Notes: generated by a model not told the origin, from the sequence alone. DNA of 46,656 nt from Chloroflexota bacterium (GCA_016213125.1 JACRBR010000202.1:1-46656), one strand, 5' to 3'; shown: positions 1 through 8,290, counted from the stretch's first letter. Numbers and translations are program-made.

Positions 1-1230
1 GCGTTCTTCGCGCTCTACGGCGGCGCTGTCGCCGACCGCGTTCCCAAGCGCGTTGCGCTCGCCCTCGCCTACAACGTCCAGGCCGTGCTCTGCATCTTCG
101 TTCCCATCTTCTTCGGCACCGATCTCTCCTCGGTGCTCTTCCTCATCTTCGCCGTAAACCTCCTCGGCCAGCTCTCCGGCCCCAGCGAGTCCGCAGTCCT
201 CCCCCTCGTCGCCACCGAACAGCAGCTCGCGTCGGCCGCGTCGCTTGTCAGCCTCTCCTCGAACATAGGCACCGCCTTCGGCACGGCCGTCCTCGCACCC
301 ATTCTCGTGCGCGTGTTCAACGAGCAGGCCGTCTTCACCGTCTCCGGCCTCATGCTCTTCCTCGCCGCCAGCCGCGTCTTCGACCTCCCGACGGGCGAAC
401 CGGAGCACAAGCTCGATCTTCGCCGCAGACCACAGGTCAACGTCCGCGCCACCGTCCGCTGGATCGCGCACGAGCGCGCCGTCGCCACCATGATCTTCGT
501 CGCCGTCCTCGCCGGCACCGCCAGCATCGTCGTCCAGACGCTTGGCCCCCGCTACGTCCAGAGCGTCCTCGGCGTCGATCCCGCCGATGCGGTGTACGTC
601 TTCGCCCCCACCACGCTGGGCCTGCTGGCCGCGCTGTTCATCACGCCCGCTCTTGTGCGCATGTTCGGCGAACGCCCCGTCGCCCTCGCCGGATTCGCCG
701 TCATCACCGCCGTGCTCTTCGCGCTGGGCATGGTCGAACAGGTCGCCGATCTCGTGAACCCCATCAACCCGCTGCGCATCACGAGCACGTTTGGCGTCGA
801 TATCAGCCGCGATCTCGCCGCCGCCGGTTTCCTATCGATCCTGCTCGGCTTTGGCCTCGCCCTCACGCAGATCTCCGTGCAGACCTACATCAACCGCCGC
901 GTGCCGCTGCGATTCCAGGGCCGCACCTTCGCCCTGCAGAGCATGCTCAAGAACGGCGCCACGATCGTGCCCTTGCTCACGCTTGGCGCGGCCGCCACCG
1001 TCGTTGGCGTGCGGCCCGTGCTGATACTGTCGCCGTTTGCGTTGCTCGTCAGCGCCGTCTTGCTTGTCCGCCTCAGTTACAGCTTCCGCGGCGAGGCCGC
1101 GCCCGGCCGGCTCGACGTCTTGTCGTCCTACTGGGAAGAGTCAGGCGAGCCGATCTCCGACTTGGACGACCCTGGCCCCCGGCCGCCGCGCACGGAACAC
1201 CGTCACTATCGCGAACATCACCGCACATAG
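1..1230 (+). CDS. MFS-type transporter, C-terminal part (5' end outside window)
   Basis: Frame 1 is open from nt 1 (AFFALYGGAVADRVPKRVAL...) into the listed ORF 85..1230. It contains successive hydrophobic helices rich in G/A/L/V, typical of an MFS half, and has high GC3. TAG stop at 1228-1230. Confidence 0.75.
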   Translation, partial: AFFALYGGAVADRVPKRVALALAYNVQAVLCIFVPIFFGTDLSSVLFLIFAVNLLGQLSGPSESAVLPLVATEQQLASAASLVSLSSNIGTAFGTAVLAPILVRVFNEQAVFTVSGLMLFLAASRVFDLPTGEPEHKLDLRRRPQVNVRATVRWIAHERAVATMIFVAVLAGTASIVVQTLGPRYVQSVLGVDPADAVYVFAPTTLGLLAALFITPALVRMFGERPVALAGFAVITAVLFALGMVEQVADLVNPINPLRITSTFGVDISRDLAAAGFLSILLGFGLALTQISVQTYINRRVPLRFQGRTFALQSMLKNGATIVPLLTLGAAATVVGVRPVLILSPFALLVSAVLLVRLSYSFRGEAAPGRLDVLSSYWEESGEPISDLDDPGPRPPRTEHRHYREHHRT

Positions 1231-2274
1231 GACCGCCGTCACCCCGACTCCCTGGGTCGCACCGGCGCCCACCAGCACGCGTCCCTGCAGCCACGGGATC
1301 GCGATGCCTCCCGCGTTCCCCAGCGTCACCGTCGGCCAGATCGGCCCGAAGAAGAACCCCGCCCCGAACGCCGCCGCCGCGGCAAGCGCGATGTTCCCCG
1401 AAGAGAACGTCAGCACCAGTGACGCGATCCCTCCGCCCGCGCACGCCCCCGCAAGCAGCAGCGATGGCTCCCGCCCGTCCCGGAAGTACCACGCGGTCAC
1501 GAACCGCCCCGCCGCGAGCGCGCCCCAGTACCCCGCCGCGATCAGCGCCGCCCCGAACACGCCCGCGTCCGCCGTGTCCCGCGCGAACGTCGAGACCCAC
1601 GTCCCCAGCCCGAACTCCGCCCCCACGTACAGGAACAGGACTCCGCCCATGACCCACGCCGTCGCCGATGATGGAGGCTTGAACTCCTCGTCCGGCGCCG
1701 CGAACGCCCGGTGCGCGCTGACGTCCGCCAGGATCATCAGCGCCAGCGCCGCCAACAGCAGCCCGCAGATCCCCGCGTACACGATCTCGCGGTCGCCCGT
1801 CGTCGAGAGCACCGCCCCCGCCCACACGGGCCCCGCGATCGCCCCCAGCGCGAAGAAGATGTTCAGCTTGTTCAGCGCGCTCGGCACGTCGTCCGATGTC
1901 GCTGGTATGAGGATGTGCGTCCCCGCCACCACGAACCCGTCGCCGATCCCGATGATCAGCCCGGACGCCAGCACCAGCGGCCACGTCGGCGCAAACCCAA
2001 GCGCCAGCGTTCCCATCAGTTGCGCACCGAGGCCCACCGCGCACAACACCCGCGTGTCTCGCCCGTGCAGTGCGAACGCCACCAGCGCCGAAGAACCGAT
2101 CGACCCGATAAAGAACGCCGTCATCAGCAGCCCCGCCGTGTCCAGCGCGATGTCGACGTCCCCCGCCAAGAACGGCAACACCGGCCCGATCGTCGCCGCC
2201 GATACCCCCAAACAGAAGATCGCCACAAACGCCGCGATGTGGAGGAGCCGATAGCCCGGGTCGTCGTTTGTCAC
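1141..2274 (-). CDS. MFS transporter
   Basis: 377-aa ORF with a GTG start at 2274. About 12 hydrophobic segments and MFS-like loops (e.g. GRDTRVL between TM2 and TM3). Its 3' end overlaps the convergent MFS gene by 90 nt. Confidence 0.8.
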   Translation of the reverse strand: MTNDDPGYRLLHIAAFVAIFCLGVSAATIGPVLPFLAGDVDIALDTAGLLMTAFFIGSIGSSALVAFALHGRDTRVLCAVGLGAQLMGTLALGFAPTWPLVLASGLIIGIGDGFVVAGTHILIPATSDDVPSALNKLNIFFALGAIAGPVWAGAVLSTTGDREIVYAGICGLLLAALALMILADVSAHRAFAAPDEEFKPPSSATAWVMGGVLFLYVGAEFGLGTWVSTFARDTADAGVFGAALIAAGYWGALAAGRFVTAWYFRDGREPSLLLAGACAGGGIASLVLTFSSGNIALAAAAAFGAGFFFGPIWPTVTLGNAGGIAIPWLQGRVLVGAGATQGVGVTAVLCAVMFAIVTVFRARRPGARVVQVGDRLA

Positions 2275-2469
2275 TGGTGGCAGCCTATGTCTTCCCGATC
2301 CCAGGCTCTAGCCTCCCCGCCCCAGGTCGGCCGCTGGATCCTTACCGAAATGGGGCTCTATGGCAGATGACGGAGCTTCCGTGCGGTGCTCTAATCGACC
2401 AACATCGCCGAATACCCACCTGTCCCCGGCTAGAAACAACCGAGTGTGCATTCTTGAAAAGGGGGAGAC

Positions 2470-5031
2470 GTGTCCAGATTCCTTCTTGCATCCATCTTGG
2501 TCATGGCGACCCTCTTCGTGGTAGGTGCGCGTGACATGCGCAGCGCTTCGGCGGCTCCCCTCCAGTGCTTCGATGGAGAAACCACCCTGGCCGTGGACGC
2601 GTCCGGGGGTGCGACTTCGATTTCACTCGTCTCTGCCCCATCGTGGTGCTTCCCGCCCGGTGGCGGCACGCTAACCATCAACGGCGACACCTACACCTAT
2701 ACGGTGATCGCCGCCAACGTCGCGAGTGGGCTCGTGCCTGCGCTGCCGACGGGCTACGCCGCGGGCGCTCTCGTGCGCGGCCCGCTCAACATCGAGGTGC
2801 TGCAATGCCTCGGTGGTGCGCCGCCCACAGGGCCTGTGAACCCTACCGGGCCGTTCCTCTGCGGCATAAGCTCGTCTGAGACGTCCGCGCCCGTCGATAC
2901 CGTGGTCGCGGCCTATGACTTGACCATACTTCCCGCTGGCAATCGCTATTCGTCTCTGCCCCTGACGTTCACACCAAGTGGCGCCGGCGAGTGGCAGGAG
3001 GTGGTCCCGGCGTGTGGCGGTGTCTCTGCATTCAATGAATGCTTGGGAGGCAGCATCGCAGGCGACTACACGATGGTGGTGGATTCCTTTTGTACCGTTG
3101 GCGCGGATGATGTCTTTAGTGCCCCCGGCTCGAATGGTGGGGACCCGGCTCTGGAATGGCCGAAGGTCGATCCGGACGGCCTCGGCCCTATGACTGGGTG
3201 GAACAGCCACATGCTCGTGCGAACCGCCGCGTCCGCATCCCGCGGGGGTGGTGGCCTGCCCGTCGGTGGCGACAACGTATACGTGCCTGAGGTAGCCCCT
3301 CAGCCGTTGTTGGCACCCGACCCGTTCACCTTTGCTTCCCTCGATACAGTGATACTCGTTCAAATCTTCCTTGGCGGCACCGCCCCGTTCCCGCTCCCGG
3401 AGCCTATCCGTCTCCAGCAGGCGGCCTACGAATCGCCATACAAGCCGGGCCTTCTTGTCGCTGCCACGATTCTCGGCGACGATCCCAATCCCGGTACCGA
3501 TGAGCTGCTCTGTTTCGACCCGAATAGCACCCTCTCAGGCCCGCAGCATTCCTTACTGACGCGTACGGTCATCAAGACGCCAGCAACACCCGGGCTCTAC
3601 CCTCGATGGATGCTCCTCACGTCCAACCCGGACATGGGCGATGCCTCAGTAGGGCGATTCCTCGACGCCACCTGTACCAATGTTGGTGCATTCGCCGGCG
3701 CGGACTCCGATAACGACTGCCTGCCCGACGCGGATGAACCCATGCTGGCGTGCATCCTCGACTCTGACTGCGACAACGATCTCCTGCCCGACGGCGTGGA
3801 GAAGTTCAACCGCTCCTGTATCATCAACGCCGACGTTGACCTGGATGGCGCGACCGACTTCGATGAGATGTACAGCTTCACGCGCCCCGGCAATGGCCCC
3901 GACGGCTGCACGGCCAGCACGGCGTGCTCCGTGAGATATCCGACGCTGGATATCGATCCTGTGACACCCGGCGTCCAGAGCAGCCCCTTCACCGACACGA
4001 ACGATACCGACTGCGACGGCTCGAAGGACCCGCAGGATACAGGCGCCGGCTTTCCAGCGGATGCGACCGACGACGACAACTGCCCGTCGGTCTTCAACCC
4101 CCAACAGGAGAACGAAGACGCAAAGCCCGAGTATCACGGAGCGGGACCGGGCACTGGCGACAACACCAACCCCGATCAGGACTGGAAGGGCGATGCCTGT
4201 GATATGGACATGGACAACGATGGCCTGTTGAACTTTCAGGAGGCCAGGCTCCGCATCATTCCGTGGACCGGATTTAACGGTGTGTGTAGTTTCTCATCCG
4301 TCGGCGTCTTGACGCCCCTGGACCCCCTCGATGGTGACACCGACAACGATCTCATTCTCGACGGTGCGGAGTGCCGCCTCGGCAGCCGGCCCGATATGGC
4401 CCTAACGGCAGTGGCGACTTGCGTCCGGGTGCCAGTTATTGACCCCGATGGTTGCGCCCAGCCGAGATTGACGGCTACCAACGACGCCGACGGCGACGGC
4501 CTGTTCAGATTCTCTTCGTTCGACCACCCGCAGGTGGAGAACTTCTTCCGCACCCAGTCCGTCTGCTGCTTGCCGGGCGGCGGACTCATCATGGACATCG
4601 ATGGCGATGGCCTCATTGGAGTCGCGGACAAGGACTCCGATCGCGACACATTGGGGCTCGCGATGACTGGCGTGGTCCTCCAGGATGGTGTGGAAGTTAA
4701 GTTCTACGGTACGCGCCCCGGTGCCATCGACACGGACGGCGATGGCTGTCTCGATGCCGAGGAGGTTTTGGATACCAGCGGGGACCGCAAGGTCACTGCC
4801 GGCGACCAACTCGGATTCATAATCAGGAAGAACATGGCACCTGCCTTTGGCAAGCTTGACCCCGACAACGACGGCGACATCGATAATCCCGACCTCATCA
4901 ACTACGACGCCAACAAGAACAGGTCGCTCGACGCTGGTGACCAGCTCATGATGGCCGCTGTAATTGCGGCCCCGGGCGCCTGTCCGACCTCGCAGCAAGC
5001 CAGCAAGGTGCTGAACGGCTCCGTCTGGTAG
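2470..5031 (+). CDS. Secreted Ca2+-binding repeat protein (thrombospondin type-3-like repeats, C-terminal dockerin-like module)
   Basis: GTG start at 2470 behind the purine-rich aaaagggggag. Signal-peptide-like N-terminus MSRFLLASILVMATLFVVGARDMRSASA. From about nt 3700 there are at least ten Asp-rich loops: DSDNDCLPD, DSDCDNDLLPDG, DVDLDGATD, DTDCDGSKD, DDDNCPSVFNPQQENED, GDACDMDMDNDGL, DGDTDNDLILDG, DADGDGL, DIDGDGLIGVADKDSDRD, DTDGDGCLD. The C-terminal pair DTSGDRKVTAGDQLGF / DANKNRSLDAGDQLMM resembles a dockerin duplicated F-hand. Confidence 0.8.
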   Translation: MSRFLLASILVMATLFVVGARDMRSASAAPLQCFDGETTLAVDASGGATSISLVSAPSWCFPPGGGTLTINGDTYTYTVIAANVASGLVPALPTGYAAGALVRGPLNIEVLQCLGGAPPTGPVNPTGPFLCGISSSETSAPVDTVVAAYDLTILPAGNRYSSLPLTFTPSGAGEWQEVVPACGGVSAFNECLGGSIAGDYTMVVDSFCTVGADDVFSAPGSNGGDPALEWPKVDPDGLGPMTGWNSHMLVRTAASASRGGGGLPVGGDNVYVPEVAPQPLLAPDPFTFASLDTVILVQIFLGGTAPFPLPEPIRLQQAAYESPYKPGLLVAATILGDDPNPGTDELLCFDPNSTLSGPQHSLLTRTVIKTPATPGLYPRWMLLTSNPDMGDASVGRFLDATCTNVGAFAGADSDNDCLPDADEPMLACILDSDCDNDLLPDGVEKFNRSCIINADVDLDGATDFDEMYSFTRPGNGPDGCTASTACSVRYPTLDIDPVTPGVQSSPFTDTNDTDCDGSKDPQDTGAGFPADATDDDNCPSVFNPQQENEDAKPEYHGAGPGTGDNTNPDQDWKGDACDMDMDNDGLLNFQEARLRIIPWTGFNGVCSFSSVGVLTPLDPLDGDTDNDLILDGAECRLGSRPDMALTAVATCVRVPVIDPDGCAQPRLTATNDADGDGLFRFSSFDHPQVENFFRTQSVCCLPGGGLIMDIDGDGLIGVADKDSDRDTLGLAMTGVVLQDGVEVKFYGTRPGAIDTDGDGCLDAEEVLDTSGDRKVTAGDQLGFIIRKNMAPAFGKLDPDNDGDIDNPDLINYDANKNRSLDAGDQLMMAAVIAAPGACPTSQQASKVLNGSVW

Positions 5032-5056
5032 CGGGCGTTACGGTGTGGACCAGCAG

Positions 5057-5087
5057 AAAAAGAGGAGGCCCAGTGATGAGCCTCCTC
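5057..5087 (-). terminator. Rho-independent-type terminator between convergent genes (best on minus strand, downstream of the acyl-CoA dehydrogenase)
   Basis: 8-bp GC-rich stem gaggaggc (5062-5069) / gcctcctc (5080-5087) with a 10-nt loop. On the minus strand the stem is followed by UUUUU (complement of a5057-a5061). Confidence 0.6.
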
Positions 5088-5123
5088 CTAATCTCCGCTG
5101 ATCCCGCGTCTTCTGGTTACAAC

Positions 5124-6350
5124 CTAAATCAGATCCCCGCCGCAGGCCGGCGCCGTCGTCCCGTGCTCCTTGTACGCCTTCAGCAGGTTCCGCCCCACCG
5201 TCCACCGGTGTACCTCGTCCGGCCCGTCGACCAGCCGCTGCGACCGGATGCTCGTGTACCACCGCGCCAGCGGCGTGTCCTGGCTGTAGCCCAGCGCGCC
5301 GTGTAGCTGGATCGCCGTGTCCACCACCTTGTGGACCATGTTCGCCAGGTACACCTTCGCGATCGAGTTCTCCTGCCGCAGGTCCATCCCTTTCTCCGCC
5401 TTGTACGCGATGTGCAGCAGCATCAGCCGCGCGATGTACAGCTCGCTCGCGCAGTCCGCCAGCATCCACTGCACGCCCTGGCGCTCCGCCAGCGGCTTGC
5501 CGAACGTCGAGCGCTCCAGTACGCGTTTTGTCGCCATGTCCAGCGCCCGCTGGGCCATCGCGATGTTGTGCATGCCGTGACGCAGCCGCCCGTACGCCAG
5601 CCGGTGCTGACCCATGTTGAACCCCTGGCCCTCGCCGCCGACGATGTTCTCGTGCGGCACCACCAGGTCCTTGATGATGATCTCGGCGTGCCCGGCGCCC
5701 ATCATCTCGCCCAGCTCGCTCTCCGGGTTCATCGTCTTCACGTTGCGCTGGATCTGGTAGCCGGGGTTCGGCAGCTCGACGAGGAACGTGCTGAACTGCT
5801 GGTGGCGTGGCGCGTCCGGGTTCGTCTTCGCCATCACCATCGCGATGTCCGCCGCCGTCGCCCCGCTGCTGAACCACTTCTCGCCGTTCAGCACCCAATG
5901 GTCGCCGTCGCGCACGGCGCGCGTCTGCATGCCGGTCGCGTCCGCCCCCGCAGCCTTCTCCGTCATCGAGTAGCAGATGCGCTTCTCGCCGTTCAGCAGC
6001 GGCTTCAGGAACTTCTCCTTCTGGAAGTCGGTGCCGTAGGTCAGGAGCGTCAGCATGGTCGCGTCGTCCGGGCCCTGCGTGTTCATCGCCAGCGCGCCCA
6101 GGTGGCTCTCGCCCAGCTCCATCTGCACCAGCGCGTTCGCCAGCGGCCACAGCCCCATCCCGCCGTGCTCCTTCGGGATGAACGGGCACCACAGCCCCTG
6201 CGCCCGTGCCTTCGCCCGCAGCTCCCCCAGCACCTCCTTGTACGGCCGCCGCTCCAGCTCCTTCTCCGCCGGAATGCAGACCTCCTGCACAAACGCCCGC
6301 ACCCGCCCCCGCACCTCCTGCGCCTCCGCCGGAATCTCAAAGTCGATCAT
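5124..6350 (-). CDS. Acyl-CoA dehydrogenase family protein
   Basis: 408 aa. ACAD-typical segments YSMTEKAAGADATGMQT, DHWVLNGEKWFSSGA and a C-terminal helical domain (QRLVDGPDEVH). It sits downstream of an APH-type kinase, as in ACAD10/11-like pairs. Confidence 0.9.
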   Translation of the reverse strand: MIDFEIPAEAQEVRGRVRAFVQEVCIPAEKELERRPYKEVLGELRAKARAQGLWCPFIPKEHGGMGLWPLANALVQMELGESHLGALAMNTQGPDDATMLTLLTYGTDFQKEKFLKPLLNGEKRICYSMTEKAAGADATGMQTRAVRDGDHWVLNGEKWFSSGATAADIAMVMAKTNPDAPRHQQFSTFLVELPNPGYQIQRNVKTMNPESELGEMMGAGHAEIIIKDLVVPHENIVGGEGQGFNMGQHRLAYGRLRHGMHNIAMAQRALDMATKRVLERSTFGKPLAERQGVQWMLADCASELYIARLMLLHIAYKAEKGMDLRQENSIAKVYLANMVHKVVDTAIQLHGALGYSQDTPLARWYTSIRSQRLVDGPDEVHRWTVGRNLLKAYKEHGTTAPACGGDLI

Positions 6351-6534
6351 CGTCGTGCTCCTCTTCTCCTGTTCCGTACTGCCGTTTCAGTCATCTGACC
6401 TGTCTTTGCCTCGGAAGTTCCCGCTCGACACCCAGTACTGGCGGGACACCCAGTACTAGAGGGGCTTTAGCCCCTCCGAATGCAGCGGCCGGCTCCCATC
6501 CTCATGTGTGCGAGGCGCAAGCCCCCCACGTACG

Positions 6535-6674
6535 ATCCTGAGCGAAGCGAAGGATCTTGTCGCGACCATCACCATCTCCCCATGCGACAGCGCCAAAGCG
6601 CGTTCGAGCTGTCATCCTGAGCGAAGCGAAGGATCTTGTCGCGACCATCACCATCTCCAGATGCGACAGCGCCA
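6535..6674. repeat. Two direct copies of a 61-bp intergenic repeat (REP-like, hairpin-containing)
   Basis: 6535-6595 and 6614-6674 are identical except for 2 nt (cc vs ag at 6580-81 / 6659-60); offset 79 bp. Each copy contains the small inverted repeat (g)atcct-gagcgaagcga-aggat(c) with a GCGAAGC core. This produces the spurious 'SEAKDL / SLRMT' peptides seen in the ORF track. Confidence 0.85.
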
Positions 6675-6735
6675 CACCAACCTCACGCGCGATCCCCACC
6701 GCACCTCTGTGCCCTCTGTGTCTCTGTGGTGAATT

Positions 6736-7827
6736 TCAACCACCAGCCATCAGCGACTCAGCCCGCAAGAACAACCCCAGCGTCGTCGCGTGCAGCATGT
6801 CCCCCACCGCCCGCGGCGCCTTCCCCGCGTACGCCCGCGCGTTCGTCCCCTCCAGCACGATCCCCAGCTTGAAGCACGCCAGCACCCCGTACCAGTTGAT
6901 CGCCGAGAGATCGCGGTCCGACCGCTCCCCATACGCCGCCACCAGCTCCGCCGTCGTCGGCAGTCCGCCCGCTGCCGCCAGCCCCCCGCCCACCGCGCCC
7001 GCCGCAGGCCCGCCGCCGTCCTGGTTCGGCCATGTCGCCAGCAGCCATCCCAGGTCCAACAACGGGTCGCCGATCGTGCACATCTCCCAGTCCACGATCG
7101 CCACCAGTTCCGGCCCCGTGTGCGAGAACATCACGTTCGCCAGGTGGTAGTCCCCGTGGATGATCCCCGGGCGCGATGGCTCCGGCCGGTTCGCGTCCAG
7201 CCACGCCGCCACTGACTCCACGCCCGGGATCTCCGGCCCCGGGTACCCCTCAAACCTCGAGTACGACTCCAGCTCCGAGATCCAGCGCCCCACCTGGCGC
7301 TCAAGGAATCCCTCAGGCTGCCCAACGTCCCCCAGCCCCACCGCCACGTGGTCCACCGCCGCCAGCCGCGCCGCTGCGTCCGCCATCTGCAAGCCCATCG
7401 CGTGCCTGATCCCCGCGTCCGACGCGTGCAAGGCCGGCAGCCCGACGCTCGGGTTGAACCCGTTGACTGGCTCCATCAGGTAGAACACGGCGCCGCCCAT
7501 CACGGCCTCGTCCATGCACCCCGCGATGAACCCCGGATGCGGCACGTCCGTCCCCGCCAGCGCCTGCAGGAAGCGAGCCTCGCGCCGAAGCGCGTCGTTG
7601 CTCTTCGGCCGCAGGTGCGGCGGTCCGCGCCGCAGGACGTAGTCGCGCCCCCCGCGCCGGAACCGCAGCAGCACGTTCTGCGTCCCGCCCGCCAGCGTCT
7701 CCACACCCTCGAAGCCACCCTCCGGCAGCCCCCCAGCGGTCAGACCCTCGGCCGTCATCCAGCCGTCCAGCACGTCGAAGTCAATGACCTCACGTTCGAT
7801 GCCGAAGTTTGATCCGTCGCCGCTCAT
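6736..7827 (-). CDS. Phosphotransferase (aminoglycoside phosphotransferase/APH-like kinase family)
   Basis: Kinase motifs IIHGDYHLANVMF and VDWEMCTIGDPLLDLGW. Preferred start is the ATG at 7827 (MSGDGSNF...), preceded by ggaga with about 7-nt spacing. The track ORF extends to 7959, but that extension is Arg/Gly-rich and lacks an SD. Confidence 0.85.
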   Translation of the reverse strand: MSGDGSNFGIEREVIDFDVLDGWMTAEGLTAGGLPEGGFEGVETLAGGTQNVLLRFRRGGRDYVLRRGPPHLRPKSNDALRREARFLQALAGTDVPHPGFIAGCMDEAVMGGAVFYLMEPVNGFNPSVGLPALHASDAGIRHAMGLQMADAAARLAAVDHVAVGLGDVGQPEGFLERQVGRWISELESYSRFEGYPGPEIPGVESVAAWLDANRPEPSRPGIIHGDYHLANVMFSHTGPELVAIVDWEMCTIGDPLLDLGWLLATWPNQDGGGPAAGAVGGGLAAAGGLPTTAELVAAYGERSDRDLSAINWYGVLACFKLGIVLEGTNARAYAGKAPRAVGDMLHATTLGLFLRAESLMAGG

Positions 7828-7954
7828 TGAATCGTCTCCAGCGCCTGGATCTCCGCGCAGGATTTGCGCGCACGGACCCGCGCCGACCGAGGATAGCTCA
7901 AAGCGGCCCGCGCGTCCGTGCGCCCGCGTCGGTCCGCCCGCCTCGGTACGCCGC

Positions 7955-7989
7955 AGCACTAATCACTAACCACTAACTACTAAGAACCA
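7955..7989. repeat. Tandem heptamer repeat (AnCACTA x4, plus a degenerate fifth unit)
   Basis: agcacta|atcacta|accacta|actacta|agaacca read directly. AT-richer than its surroundings. Lies about 130 bp upstream of the APH-kinase start on the minus strand. Confidence 0.5.
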
Positions 7990-8162
7990 TCCTGACCGTA
8001 GCTGTCAGCAGTCCATGCCAAAGTGATCCAGCATCCTGGGACCTCCCGCGCCGTCTCCCCTACGCTCGCGCCATGCGCAACGCGAACAGCATCTTCTCCT
8101 CCGCCGCACACTCAGACGCCCGTCCGCTGGGCGCCCGTCTGTCCAGGAGGCCCTGGACCCGT

Positions 8163-8290
8163 CAATCAAACGCGAAGCTGAAACGTTTGATCGCCAGAAA
8201 TTCCTGTCAATCAATCCAATCAAACCCGAAGCTGAGATCGTTGATTGCCCGGCACCCCACCCAATCAAACCAATCAAACGCCCGAAGCTA
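8163..8290. repeat. Array of CAATCAA(AC) motifs with two stem-loops in a 526-bp non-coding spacer
   Basis: CAATCAA occurs at 8163, 8208, 8217, 8262 and 8271. Three copies extend to CAATCAAAC(g/c/gc)CGAAGCT (8163-8179, 8217-8233, 8271-8289). Hairpin 1: atcaaacg 8165-8172 / cgtttgat 8184-8191. Hairpin 2: caatcaa 8217-8223 / ttgattg 8241-8247. Confidence 0.6.

Noticed and set aside
1037-2254. 405-aa plus-strand ORF and similar long antisense ORFs (5331-6398, 27244-28434, 35902-36933, 42430-43536, 8245-8835, 23789-24724, etc.)
   Set aside because: All lie opposite genes with strong family motifs. They are Ala/Arg/Pro/Ser-rich, lack SD sequences, and lack any domain signature.
6535-6674. Possible CRISPR array
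   Set aside because: There are only two repeat copies. The repeat is 61 bp with an 18-bp spacer, which is the wrong geometry. No cas genes are in the window.
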